64,000 bases of DNA from Bryobacterales bacterium (lineage in GTDB: Bacteria; Acidobacteriota; Terriglobia; Bryobacterales; UBA6623). The stretch spans positions 156,372 to 220,371 of the forward strand of contig CBDBIU010000003.1 in NCBI GenBank assembly GCA_965206025.1, written 5' to 3'. Position 1 is the first letter of the stretch. Each line of letters starts with the position of its first letter. The notes beneath the pieces are model-generated. The model saw only the letters and a list, made by a program, of their open reading frames with translations, did no database searches and was not told the origin of the DNA. Below are positions 47,573-57,744 of this stretch, one piece after another. The position numbers and the translations under genes are program-made.

Positions 47573-48349
47573 TTAGGCCGAGTTCATCACCTCTCTCGCC
47601 AGTAGATTCACTTCCCGGGAAAAGGGATGTTCGGGGTAGAGTAGACAAAACACGCCCGAGCTGCCCACGTGGGCCATCTCGATGCTGAGGGGGAAGATTC
47701 CGGCAACCGGGGCGCGGTAGGCGGTTTCCACGCGCTCGCGCAGCGAGACGGTATTGATATCGGGCGGAACCTTGTTGAGCAGCAGCAGTATGCGCCCGGC
47801 GTCAAGCTTGCGGGCCAGCTCCACGGTGACTGAGATGCCCTGGAAATCCTGCTTGTCGGGCCGCAAGATCAGCAGCACAACGTCGGAAACGGCGATCGAG
47901 AGCAGCGTCTCCTCGTTCACTCCAGGGTGCGTGTCCACGAACAGATAGTCGAGCTTCAACTCACCGATCAGATCATGGAAGCCGTCGTTGAGAAGGGAAA
48001 CCTCATACCCTTCCCGCACGACGCGGGCAATCTCGCTGGTCCTCATGCTCGAAGGCACCAGAAACACCACGGCGGACTCGGGCAACTGGTCGGTTTGGGT
48101 CTTGACCGCCTCGGTCACGTCGTGGGCGGCCTGTTCGATGCGACATTGACCCCACAGAAACTCGTTCAGGGTGGGACGCAGCCCGTCGGAGTCGATGCCG
48201 AACATGGCGTGGATTCCCGGGGACTGAATGTCGGTGTCAATAATTCCGACCCGATGCCCGAAGCAGGCCACGGTGCAGGCAAGGTTCGCTGTCAGGTTGG
48301 ATTTTCCGGTGCCGCCCCGAAACGAATGAATGCAGACAATCTTCGACAA
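47573..48349 (-). CDS. MinD/ParA-family ATPase with Arg in the deviant Walker A
   Basis: [36 protein letters not shown]; TTG start after GAGG. Confidence 0.88.
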   Translation of the reverse strand: MSKIVCIHSFRGGTGKSNLTANLACTVACFGHRVGIIDTDIQSPGIHAMFGIDSDGLRPTLNEFLWGQCRIEQAAHDVTEAVKTQTDQLPESAVVFLVPSSMRTSEIARVVREGYEVSLLNDGFHDLIGELKLDYLFVDTHPGVNEETLLSIAVSDVVLLILRPDKQDFQGISVTVELARKLDAGRILLLLNKVPPDINTVSLRERVETAYRAPVAGIFPLSIEMAHVGSSGVFCLLYPEHPFSREVNLLAREVMNSA

Positions 48350-48428
48350 TGATCCCTCACAACCTCATCAAAGAGCCTCTGTATTTTCCCACAAAGAAGG
48401 TCGGTCTTCGGATGCGGGGAAGGGCGCC

Positions 48429-48947
48429 TCACTCTTTGGCCTCTGAGGCCTCTCCCCCCACAGTCCGCTTGCCGCGAATCTTGGCTACGTTTTGCTGTAA
48501 TTTCTGGAAGAAGGGAGTCTCCACGATCTGCTCCAGCTCCTGATCGCGGACCCCTTCGTCGATCGCCAGCGACGCTCCCAAATCGATCTCGCGGAAGACC
48601 GTCGTCTGCTCGTCAATCGCTATGGCCGGTTTTTCGCGGAACTTGAACGTCGGCCCGCCCGAGCCCAACTGGAAAACGGCGCCGCTGGGCAGAATCCCAC
48701 GCTCGACGCCCTTGCCCTCGAAAATCGTCCCGTTGCGGCCGAGATTAAAAAGTTCCCACGTCTTCCCGTCGAAACGCAATTCCGCATGTCGCCGGGAAAC
48801 TTGCTGGTCGGCAACGGTGACCTCATTGTCGTCGGCGCGGCCGATGCGGATCACGTCGACGCGTTCAAACCGCCATTGTTGGATGGGGTGTCCCTTGGTT
48901 GGATGGAGGAGGCTGAGGATGATCTTGCTGTCGCTGGCACCCTGCAT
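48429..48947 (-). CDS. FHA domain protein
   Basis: IRIGRADDNEV..D..VSRRHAEL, NLGRNGT, FQLG. Confidence 0.88.
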   Translation of the reverse strand: MQGASDSKIILSLLHPTKGHPIQQWRFERVDVIRIGRADDNEVTVADQQVSRRHAELRFDGKTWELFNLGRNGTIFEGKGVERGILPSGAVFQLGSGGPTFKFREKPAIAIDEQTTVFREIDLGASLAIDEGVRDQELEQIVETPFFQKLQQNVAKIRGKRTVGGEASEAKE

Positions 48948-49161
48948 GTCGACCCCTTATGCCCTTGTCCGTGGAATCAACTCGACCGATCCTGGCGCGT
49001 TCCACCCGGGGAGCAATCGGGACGGCGTCAACGCCGGGACCGCAACCTCTTTGTGACCCCACTTCAGTCTACGAGCATAGGGTAGTACTTTCATGGTTCT
49101 CGGTCCAATTCAAAATTGCTATCGGGCGGATAAACGCGAGCAGGTCCCAGCCTCAAAGCAA

Positions 49162-49199
49162 GCACCTCGCCTCGCCACGTGGTGAGAAATGCGGGCTAG
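49162..49199 (+). repeat. CTAG-bounded repeat family, right-end fragment
   Basis: GCACCTCGCCTCGCCACGTGGTGAGAAATGCGGGCTAG. Confidence 0.75.
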
Positions 49200-49459
49200 G
49201 GCGCTGGATCGCGGGCTGCCGTCCGCGGCTGGGTCGTTGGTCAATCGGCAGTCGGCGCTTGATTTCATTGGGGTTCGGAGAAATTGGGCTTGCTTGGTCG
49301 TTTGTAGAGGGCGAGGGTTGTAGCCGCGGGGAAGGTCTGTGGAAGGGGCGGCTGGCCGAAAAGAACCAGCGGCACGCGGGGACGCGGCACCAGTCGTAAA
49401 ACGACTGGCCTAGCTGAGAGCAAGCCGCCGCGTGAACCCGGCTGCACGGTCGAGCCCAC

Positions 49460-49498
49460 GGACGCGGACGCTGGAACGGCACCAGGTCCGCGCTACAA
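49460..49498 (-). repeat. GTAG-type REP hairpin
   Basis: Inverted copy of 1597-1635. Confidence 0.7.
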
Positions 49499-49542
49499 GC
49501 TACAAGCCTATTCCGGGTAACCGCCCGGCGGATGTCAGCCGA

Positions 49543-52500
49543 CTATCTTCCCTGGCTCAGCCGGCGGAAATACTCGGCTACCGCTTCGCGGTACTGCTCG
49601 GGGACGGGTTCGGCGCCGGTGACACGCACTTGGAAATTGCCCTTTTCCTGCTCGACTTGGCGCCTGACTTCGAGCTCGAGTTGCTCGAGCAGAGCGAGCA
49701 GGTTGCGGTGCTCTTCTTCGAGCAGCCGGGGATTGCCGGGGAACCGCGATTGGGAAAGGCCGGCAGCGAAAAGCCGCAATTCCGCCAGCGCCTGTTCATC
49801 GATACCTTTTCCTCTGAGTTGCTGGGTCAGGCCGGGTAATCGCTCGACCGCTTCTCGTAAGGCGCGCTGGACGTCGGCGAGCATGTCCGCGTCCCAGGCA
49901 CGAACGCCGCCTCGGGGCCCGCGGCCGCCGAAGCTGCTGGCGCTGCCGCGCCACTGCATGGGGCCGCCTTCCCGCCCGCCCTGGGTGAATGCCCGCCGTT
50001 CGCCCATGGGGGGGCCGAGTCGTTCCCCCTCACCCGCTCTCGCGCCCTGTTGTTGCCCATCCCCTTGCGCGGCGCCTTGACCTCTCTGCCGGGCGGACTG
50101 TCCTTCGCCTTGCCGCGACCCTTGCTGCCGGCCCTGTCCGGGCTGTTGACCTGGACGCCGGCCTTGTTGGCCCGGACCGGTCTGTGAGCCTGGTTGTCGG
50201 CCTTCCGCCCTCTGCGCGCCCTGCGGATCTTGGCCCGGCTGGTCGCCTTGACCGGGTTCTCCGCCGTTTTGGCGTCCCAGGCCAGCCGCTTCCTCGAGCT
50301 GTCGGCGCAGTTCCTCGATCTGGGCTAGTTGACGTTCCAGACCTTGCTCGCCGCCATGTCCTTCGGCCGCCGCTAAACGCTCAGCTTCGCCAATTTGCTG
50401 CTGTAATTTTTCCAAGGCTCGGGTGACGCCTCCTTCGCTCTGCGCGATGTGGACGGCGTAACCCTGGCGAATATAGCGAGCGGCATTCCCCAGCCGAGTC
50501 CCGACTTCCGACTGTTGGAGGTCGCCGAGAGCTTCGCGTAGTTTTCGGGAGGACTCGCCATCCTCCATCCGGCGGGCCGTCTGCTGGATCTCTCTCTCCA
50601 GCGCTTCGACTTCCTCTTGCATTTGTGTCTTGCGCTCAGCGAGTTCGAGTTCTTCACTCGGCGACATGCCGCTGGGGATTCTGCCCCGCGCGGAACCTCC
50701 GCTTTTGCGAATTTCTTGCAGGGCATCCTGCAGAGCTTGGTTCAATCTCGCCGCCATTTCCTTCTGCTGCTGCGTCAACTGGGCGGCGCGCTTGGCGATG
50801 TCGGAAATGGCGTCACCGGCCTGCTGCCGGCGTCGATCGGCAAGCTTTCCGAGGGCCTCTTCGAGTTTGTCGAGGGCGCGGCGGGCGTAGGCTTGGCTCT
50901 GCTGCCGGCCGAGGGGGCTGTTCTGTTGTCCGCTCGCCGACTGGCTGGCCTGCATATCTTGGGCGGCCTGTTGAAGGTTACGAATGGCACTTTCCAGTCG
51001 TGGGTTTCCGGCACCCCCCGAACCTTGCCGCGAACTCTGCTGTTGCCCCGACTGTTGTCCAGACTGCCGCTCCGACTGCTGCCGCGACTGCTGTTGCCCT
51101 TGCTGCTGCGACTGCCCGGACCGTCCCTGCGACTGCTGTCCGGACTGCTGCCCCGAGTTGCGCTGCGCGGCCTGTTGCCGCTGCTGTAATTCCTCGAGCC
51201 GCCGACGCAGCTCTTCGGCTTCCCGCCGCAGCATCTCTTGCTGCCAGCGCTGGGAAAAGGTCTGCGGTTGGGACTGCTGTCTCTCGGCGAGTTTTTCCTG
51301 CCGCTTGGCCAGTTGGCGGAGTTTTTCGAGCGCCTCATCGATTTCGCGCTCCAACTGCTGGGCCGACCCGCCGCCCGTTTCGTACTGGTTTTTCTCGAGG
51401 TCCATCTCCAGCTCGAACATGTCGGCCAGGTCGCGTCCGCCTTGGCCTCCCGCGCCTCCCCGGCCGAAGGAGATCGCTATCCGGCGAAAGATCGATTCAG
51501 CGCGGCGCAGATGCCGCAAGGCCTTTTGCTGAGGAGAAATCGACTCCTCGAGCTCTTGCTCCTTCAGCAGCAGACCGGCGGGCCCCATGTGTTCGGCCGC
51601 TTTCTCGATGTTTTCGACGAATGTTTCAAAATCCTTGTCCGTTGCGACCAGTTGTCTAGCCTTGACTCGCCGCGCCAAGGTTTCAGCCTGGTCGCGCAAC
51701 TTGAGCTGGATCTCCGACAACAACAAGGCGTTTTCTCGGATCTCTGCCTTCGACTGCTCGTCGGGATCGGCCGATTCCTGAATCAAGTTCCAGGTAGCCG
51801 TCAGGGTTTCCTTCTGACGGCGCGAGATTTCGTTTTGTTCGCCGCCGCTGCCCATCATCCCGCTTCCCGAAGCCTGGCGCTGGAAGAATTCCATCTCGAA
51901 CGGCCTTACCTCGATAAAGTACATGTCCGTCTGAACGGCGGTCTTGGCGTCCCGCGCGACAGCGTAGTAGGAGACCAGGTCGCCCGGCTGCAAATCGGCG
52001 GCGGGGCTCAGCCGCTCGTCACCGGCGGCTTCGTCTTCACCGTAGTTCGGGCCCATCTCTTCCAGGTAGAAAGTGTAGGGGGCCTTCGATTCCACTCTTC
52101 CACGGAGGTCGAGCAGCGGTTCTTCTTGGACTTCACCGCCGTTGACCGAGTAGTAAAGGTCGAATGACCGCAGGCCAAAGTCGTCTCGTGCTTGGAATTC
52201 CGTGACGACCTCCTCGATGCTGGTGGCCTTCGAGTCGCGGCCCGGCCGCAGAAACTTTACAACCGGCTTTTCATCAGGGACGACGGAGATAAAGAAGTCC
52301 TGCGTCAAGCGGACGATTTCTCCCCGGTACATGGCCGCCACGAAGTACTCTCCCTGTTTCCCCACTTTGAGACGGCCGGTGGTTCGCAGGCCGTCGGGAT
52401 CCAGCGGTATGGATTCCTCGCCGTTGACGCGCAGGATGCCTTCGGCCAGCAGCTTGTCCGTCTCGATTTCCACCTCGATTTCCGTGCCGGCCACGGCTCG

Positions 52501-53442
52501 AATGTCGCCTCCCGGGTCTTCGATCAGCGGTTTCATTCCCGCCCAGCCGGGGTAGTGATAGGTCAGTTTGATGTGCTCGACGTGAGGCATTTGGACGACG
52601 TTGACCTCGAACTCTTCGCTGCGGATTCCACCCGCCGTGACGTAGTAGCGAAGCGGTTCCCGCACGCCGGCGAAGACAAACTCGAATCCGCTACCCTCGA
52701 GTTGCCGCTGCATGGAAGCCTGCTCCCAGTCAACACTGCTCGAAAACTTGGCCAACAGCTGCATTTCGGCGGGCTCGAAACCCACCGTATCCGCGGCTAT
52801 TAGCAGATCCACGCCTTGACGGATCGTGGCATCGCCCGGTTCGACGACGATTTGGTAAAGCGGCGGCGCGCCCGGTTCCAACCAGCCCGCCCACAGTTCG
52901 GACGTGCCGTAGCCCCAGTAGCCGGGGCCGGAGTGGCCGAGCCAAAACAGGAAGGCGAACGCGGCGACGGCGACCCCCAGGTAGGCGAAGACCCGCCCGA
53001 TGCCGGCGACATAACGGGCAGGCGCGGCTTCCGCCACCCGCCAGGCGTCTTCGGCGAGCAAGTCGATCAAGGGGTTCGGCGTCTCCGCCTTGCTCTCCGA
53101 CGTCTGATCTACCAGGGTTTCGACTCTGCCGTCGAAAGCGGGAACTGATTTTTCAATTTGAGCCGCCGTCCGGCCGCGGTCCAAGCGCAGAAGAGGCCGA
53201 ATAAGAACCCAGACCAGGACCGCGATCAGAGCGCCGAATAGGATCGCGCGGGAACTTACCACGCTCGAGTTCGAGAAGGCGAATCGGTTGGCGACGTAGA
53301 CGCAGGCCACGGTAACGAGCAGCGCCGTTGCCACCGTAGCGCCTAGGCCCCTGGAGGCCAGCGCCAATCTCAACCGGCGTTGAACGCCGGAAACGTATCC
53401 TTGAATGCTCTGGAACGGGCCGGGAGTGGAGGAGTTGAACAC
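49543..53442 (-). CDS. Large membrane-anchored DUF4175-like protein with Ig-like domains, coiled coils and Gln/Gly/Ser-rich tracts
   Basis: GTG overlapping the upstream TAG after GAGGTGG; TMs, DDFGL, PGDLVSYYAVARD, TDMYFIEVRPF, LFELEMD-like LFEL motif variant, C-terminal VPEQYREAVAEYFRRLS. Confidence 0.82.
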   Translation of the reverse strand: MFNSSTPGPFQSIQGYVSGVQRRLRLALASRGLGATVATALLVTVACVYVANRFAFSNSSVVSSRAILFGALIAVLVWVLIRPLLRLDRGRTAAQIEKSVPAFDGRVETLVDQTSESKAETPNPLIDLLAEDAWRVAEAAPARYVAGIGRVFAYLGVAVAAFAFLFWLGHSGPGYWGYGTSELWAGWLEPGAPPLYQIVVEPGDATIRQGVDLLIAADTVGFEPAEMQLLAKFSSSVDWEQASMQRQLEGSGFEFVFAGVREPLRYYVTAGGIRSEEFEVNVVQMPHVEHIKLTYHYPGWAGMKPLIEDPGGDIRAVAGTEIEVEIETDKLLAEGILRVNGEESIPLDPDGLRTTGRLKVGKQGEYFVAAMYRGEIVRLTQDFFISVVPDEKPVVKFLRPGRDSKATSIEEVVTEFQARDDFGLRSFDLYYSVNGGEVQEEPLLDLRGRVESKAPYTFYLEEMGPNYGEDEAAGDERLSPAADLQPGDLVSYYAVARDAKTAVQTDMYFIEVRPFEMEFFQRQASGSGMMGSGGEQNEISRRQKETLTATWNLIQESADPDEQSKAEIRENALLLSEIQLKLRDQAETLARRVKARQLVATDKDFETFVENIEKAAEHMGPAGLLLKEQELEESISPQQKALRHLRRAESIFRRIAISFGRGGAGGQGGRDLADMFELEMDLEKNQYETGGGSAQQLEREIDEALEKLRQLAKRQEKLAERQQSQPQTFSQRWQQEMLRREAEELRRRLEELQQRQQAAQRNSGQQSGQQSQGRSGQSQQQGQQQSRQQSERQSGQQSGQQQSSRQGSGGAGNPRLESAIRNLQQAAQDMQASQSASGQQNSPLGRQQSQAYARRALDKLEEALGKLADRRRQQAGDAISDIAKRAAQLTQQQKEMAARLNQALQDALQEIRKSGGSARGRIPSGMSPSEELELAERKTQMQEEVEALEREIQQTARRMEDGESSRKLREALGDLQQSEVGTRLGNAARYIRQGYAVHIAQSEGGVTRALEKLQQQIGEAERLAAAEGHGGEQGLERQLAQIEELRRQLEEAAGLGRQNGGEPGQGDQPGQDPQGAQRAEGRQPGSQTGPGQQGRRPGQQPGQGRQQGSRQGEGQSARQRGQGAAQGDGQQQGARAGEGERLGPPMGERRAFTQGGREGGPMQWRGSASSFGGRGPRGGVRAWDADMLADVQRALREAVERLPGLTQQLRGKGIDEQALAELRLFAAGLSQSRFPGNPRLLEEEHRNLLALLEQLELEVRRQVEQEKGNFQVRVTGAEPVPEQYREAVAEYFRRLSQGR

Positions 53443-55463
53443 TAGACTTCCACCTCGCGTCGGACCTTCAAATGCCAGGTCCCTACGACTGATTCTAGCA
53501 GCGTCACGATCGCCAACAGCGCGAGCAGCCAGCGCCAAATCTCTATGGGCGGAACCCGAGCGACTGCGTCCGAACCGGCCCCTGGCGTCGAAGCCGCCCT
53601 TTCGCGTCCTGTTGCCTGCCAGAGGGCCATCAAATCAGCGTCGATCGGCCGCAGGTTCGACTCCCGTGCGTCCGGGTTGACGGCCACCAGCTCGGTCCGG
53701 CCCGCTCTGCGTACCTCGTAGAACCCGACGTCGGCGAGCTGAAAATCTTCACCGGAGACCGACTCGGAAAGCGAGAGAGACCGCTCTCCCTGAGGGTCAA
53801 ACAGTTGAACGGTTGATCCCGCCGTCCGGTGCTTGCCTAGCTCGATCACGGAGTCTACCAGCGCCTGGCGCTTTTCCTCTTCGATCCCCGACAGATAGCG
53901 CGCCGACTCCATGGCGAAGGGGACAAATACCGGGTGCAGCGGCAGATCGTTCCAAACGTTGTCGAGCGACGAGGCAAAGACCATTACCCGCCCCTTTCCC
54001 AGCCGCTGCTCGACGAGTAGCGGCGAGCCATCGGAGAGGCGGGCTAAGACCTGGTCCTGTTCCCCCACGCGCAACCGCGCGAAGCGGAAAAACTTAACCT
54101 TCGGTGAATGCACCCATGGGGCTACCGCCGGATGAGAACGGTCGATCTCCCCAGCCAACTGAAAACGGTCCCGGCGGCGAGCGGCGTAGCGCGCCTCCCC
54201 CATCTGCTGGGAATAGAAAGGCGCTTCGCCGGCCAGCGTCGTCTTCGGGCCCAGAGCCAACAGGACCGAGCCTCCTGCTTCCACGTATTTCCTAAGGCGC
54301 TCCCCGAAGGGCGAGGGCAGCCGGGCTACGTCGGAGACGACCACGAAGGCAAACCGCTCGGGGCGCCGGCCGGCGGCCTTCGTCGCCGAGACGCCCTCCA
54401 CCCGAAAAGCGGCTTCGGCGGACGACTCCAGGGCGGACTTGTAGTACAGCAAGTCGCGTCCGCGCCCGCGGCCCGAGACAAACAGGACGGTCGCCGGCTC
54501 GGAGTGGCGGAACGCTACAAGTCGTTGATCGTCCTGGGCGAGCGCGTCGTTCGGCTGGATGCGAATGACGCCGCGGCTATCACCTTCGGGAACTTCAAAG
54601 CCTTCCAATACGACCGAAGCGCGTCCCGATGCGGGTACTTCGAGAGCCTTCGAAACTGCCTCTCTGCCGTTGATCGTCAAGGTGACCCGTTTTCTCGCTT
54701 TCTCTGTCCCAAACCCCGCCACGGTTGCTTCGAGCCGGGGAACGCCGGCATAAATACGCGTCGCCCCTCTGATCGTCTCCACGCACCAGTTGGGCGAGGA
54801 GGGTTCAGCGACGCTGTGAATCTTTAAGGCGGCTGTAGTGGGCAGGGCCACGTCTTGGAATCGGCCGGGCATGGACGATTGTTGGAAATCGGAGACCAAG
54901 TGAACCTGTACAGGTCCCATCGCGTTCCCGATCAGGTTACGGACGGCTTCGACCGCGTCACCGAAGGAGTTTCGCGAGTAGCCCGGCTCGAGCGAACGAA
55001 TGGCGCTCCTAAGGGCCTCCCGATCACTGATGGCCTCCGTCAGCAACCGAACACTCGCGCCCCCGGCGATGATGCGAGCTCGATCGCCCGGCTCCATCCG
55101 CTCGACGACGCCTTCCGCCTCGTGGACCGCCCGCTGCCGGCGATCACCGAAATTCATGCTCAGCGAGGTGTCGAGAACGATCAAGTGCAAGGTGGGCGCG
55201 CCGCCGAACGCCACCGCCGGAGGCCGCTCCCAAATCGGCTTGGCGAAAGCAAGCGCGACGAGCGCGTAGAGCGCCAGGCGAAGGGCCAGCAGCAGCAGAT
55301 AGCGGAGCCGCCTCTCTTTCAGCGAACTTTGTTGCCGGCGTTCAAAAAACATCAGCGAGCTAAAGGGCAGCCTGATGGGGTTTTGCCGGTGCAACAGGTG
55401 CAGCCAAAGCGGCAAAGTCAGCGCCAGCCCGCCCAACAGAAACAACGGAGTCAGAAAGGTCAT
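53442..55463 (-). CDS. BatA N-terminal / vWA domain membrane protein
   Basis: MTFLTPLFLLG..LPLWLHL, F.SLMF, LLLALR..LAFAKP, MIDAS VLDTSLSM, C-terminal LAIVTLLES. Confidence 0.9.
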   Translation of the reverse strand: MTFLTPLFLLGGLALTLPLWLHLLHRQNPIRLPFSSLMFFERRQQSSLKERRLRYLLLLALRLALYALVALAFAKPIWERPPAVAFGGAPTLHLIVLDTSLSMNFGDRRQRAVHEAEGVVERMEPGDRARIIAGGASVRLLTEAISDREALRSAIRSLEPGYSRNSFGDAVEAVRNLIGNAMGPVQVHLVSDFQQSSMPGRFQDVALPTTAALKIHSVAEPSSPNWCVETIRGATRIYAGVPRLEATVAGFGTEKARKRVTLTINGREAVSKALEVPASGRASVVLEGFEVPEGDSRGVIRIQPNDALAQDDQRLVAFRHSEPATVLFVSGRGRGRDLLYYKSALESSAEAAFRVEGVSATKAAGRRPERFAFVVVSDVARLPSPFGERLRKYVEAGGSVLLALGPKTTLAGEAPFYSQQMGEARYAARRRDRFQLAGEIDRSHPAVAPWVHSPKVKFFRFARLRVGEQDQVLARLSDGSPLLVEQRLGKGRVMVFASSLDNVWNDLPLHPVFVPFAMESARYLSGIEEEKRQALVDSVIELGKHRTAGSTVQLFDPQGERSLSLSESVSGEDFQLADVGFYEVRRAGRTELVAVNPDARESNLRPIDADLMALWQATGRERAASTPGAGSDAVARVPPIEIWRWLLALLAIVTLLESVVGTWHLKVRREVEV

Positions 55464-55679
55464 CGCTAGCGCTCGTAAGTTAGACGTCCGACGGAGCGAA
55501 TACGTCTAGTGCTTGGTTCCATAAGTTCGCGATCGTTGGTAGGCCGACACTTCCTGGACCGTCCCCTCGCGGTCGCGGCTCAGAAGGCTCTCGGAACAAA
55601 CCACTTCCGGGCCGGATTGACGATCGGTGCGATGCTTAGGGAAAGGTCTCTTTAATACGCGAGCTTTTGAAACCTAGCA

Positions 55680-55777
55680 CTAGCCTGCATTTCTCACGAG
55701 CGTTCAGACGACCGGCGTTGAAGGCACTTTGCTTGTAGGGGCGAACCGCCCTTACGCCCTCGTGAGAAACGCCGGCT
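55680..55777. repeat. CTAG-bounded repeat with an internal GTAG REP (55735-55759)
   Basis: CTAGCCTGCATTTCTCACGAG...CTCGTGAGAAACGCCGGCT. Confidence 0.7.
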
Positions 55778-55846
55778 CCACAAAGCATCGCCCAATTTCA
55801 CGCCGCCTCTGGCGAAAGTGGGCCTGTCCGCCTCCGGCTCGCCGTG

Positions 55847-57595
55847 TCAGGAGAGCGCCAGTTCAATCGTTCGACTCTTCGGATCCGACGCCGTAATCTT
55901 AAACGACCGCACTTGGCCGCGCTTGAGTTCTTCGGGCCGCGCGGAGCCCGACTCGCCTCCCGCTCCCCCTTGCCAGGCCGAGCGGAGCATGTCGCCCAGC
56001 GACGAGACGTCCTGGGCCGAGGGGGCTGACTCAGCCGCCTCGCCGGCCGTCTGTTCGGTTGATTCCTCCCAGCGGCAAATCCCCTTGACTCCTTCTCCCA
56101 GCTCGATGGTCGCTTCCCGCCGCCGCACTTTTACGACCCGCCCGGTCACCGTGTCACCGATGTTGGTTTCTTGGATAAAGTTGTCCTGGCCATCGGGCTC
56201 GAGTTTCTTGATGCTGAGCTTAAGACGGCGCTTTGGGGGGTCGATTTCGACGATCACCGCCTGAATCTTCTGATCGACCTTGAGAACTTCGCTGGGATGA
56301 TTGATACGCTTTTCGGCGGTCAGGTCCGAGACATGAACCAGTCCTTCGATCCCGTCGGCGATCTCGACGAAGGCGCCGAACTTCATCAAGTTCCGCACCG
56401 TGCCTTCAACGACCTTGCCCACCGGGAAATCTTCGCGGATCCGTTCCCAGGGGTCCCCCAAAGTCTGCTTGATGCCGAGAGAGATCCGCCGGCCCCCCGT
56501 GTTGATGTCGAGCACGACGACGTCGACGACTTCGCCGACCTTAAGCAGGTCCTTCGGATGGCGCACCCGGCGGGCCCAAGACATCTCCGAAACATGCACC
56601 AAGCCCTCGACGCCGGGCTCGAGCTCGACGAACGCGCCGAAGTCCTTCAGCAGTTTGACCTGGCCGTTGCGCCGGTCGCCGACCTTGAGCTTTTCGCCGA
56701 TCAGTGTCCAGGGGTCCGGCGTGAGCTGCTTGCGGCCCACCGAGATTCGTTTCCCGCTGTCTTCGATCTTGAGAACCTTGACTTCCAGCGAGTCTCCCTC
56801 GGAAAGCACTTCGGAAACATCGGCGACTTTCTCCCACGAGAGGTCCTTGACATGAAGCAGAGCGTCCACGCCCCCCAGGTCGACGAAGGCGCCGAAGTCC
56901 CGGATGTTTCGAACCGTGCTTTGGACTACCGCGCCCGTCTCCAAGCGGGCAATCGCGTCTTCTCGCTGCTGTTCTTTTTCTTCCTCGAGCAGAACTCGCC
57001 GATCGACGATCACGTTTTCGTCGTCCACGTCGAGCTGGATGATGCGGCAGCGAACCTCCTCGCCCACCAGCTTCTCCAATTCGGAGGCGTCCTTTGCGCC
57101 GGAACGCGACGCGGGCATGAATGCGCGTACGCCGACGTCGACGGCCAGACCACCTTTGATCGCTTCGGTGACAGTCCCGGCGACGGTGGCCCCGGTCGAG
57201 AATGCCCACTCAAACTGCGCCCAGTTTTTCGGGCGCTCGGCAATCACCCGAGAAAGCAGCAGATAACCGTCCGGCGAACGTCCCGTAATGCTCACGTCCA
57301 CGGAGTCTCCGATTTGCAGCTCGGGCCCCTGTTCTTTCTCGGAACGAGTTTCGAGGGGTAGGAAGGCTTCCGATTTGCGTCCAATGTCAACGAAGACGCC
57401 GTCGTCGCGGACGCTGACGACCCCACCCGTCAGGACTCCGCCTTCTCGGGAGGCAGGTTTCTCCTGTTGCCTTTCGAATTGCTCCAGCAGGTCGGAAAAC
57501 GACTCTTCGGAGGCGGTTTCCGGCCCGGAAGGGGACACGTCGGCCGAGGCAGGCTTATTTTCGGGGGAGGGTTCGGATTCCGCGGATGGACTCAT
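55847..57595 (-). CDS. Ribosomal protein S1-like multi-S1-domain protein (probably a paralog)
   Basis: Repeated S1 domains (DFGAFVDLGGVDALLHV, DFGAFVELEPGVEGLVHVSEMSW, KFGAFVEIADGIEGLVHVSD); degenerate last domain; no cmk/ihfB neighbours. Confidence 0.88.
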   Translation of the reverse strand: MSPSAESEPSPENKPASADVSPSGPETASEESFSDLLEQFERQQEKPASREGGVLTGGVVSVRDDGVFVDIGRKSEAFLPLETRSEKEQGPELQIGDSVDVSITGRSPDGYLLLSRVIAERPKNWAQFEWAFSTGATVAGTVTEAIKGGLAVDVGVRAFMPASRSGAKDASELEKLVGEEVRCRIIQLDVDDENVIVDRRVLLEEEKEQQREDAIARLETGAVVQSTVRNIRDFGAFVDLGGVDALLHVKDLSWEKVADVSEVLSEGDSLEVKVLKIEDSGKRISVGRKQLTPDPWTLIGEKLKVGDRRNGQVKLLKDFGAFVELEPGVEGLVHVSEMSWARRVRHPKDLLKVGEVVDVVVLDINTGGRRISLGIKQTLGDPWERIREDFPVGKVVEGTVRNLMKFGAFVEIADGIEGLVHVSDLTAEKRINHPSEVLKVDQKIQAVIVEIDPPKRRLKLSIKKLEPDGQDNFIQETNIGDTVTGRVVKVRRREATIELGEGVKGICRWEESTEQTAGEAAESAPSAQDVSSLGDMLRSAWQGGAGGESGSARPEELKRGQVRSFKITASDPKSRTIELALS

Positions 57596-57744
57596 GGGCA
57601 CAAGCGTAGCCTTACTCCCGAGTGTGACTTTGCTTCATTGTCCCACAGGGTACAAGTCTTGTCTCATGCAAGATGAGTCTGAACGAGGAGTTTGTTTCTC
57701 ACACAAGATGAGCCTGAAGGATCGGGGAGTGGGCATGCTGGGAA

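Noticed and set aside
55847-57595. Calling this gene the primary rpsA
   Set aside because: The last domain is degenerate and the usual cmk/ihfB context is missing, so it is probably a paralog. Symbol withheld.
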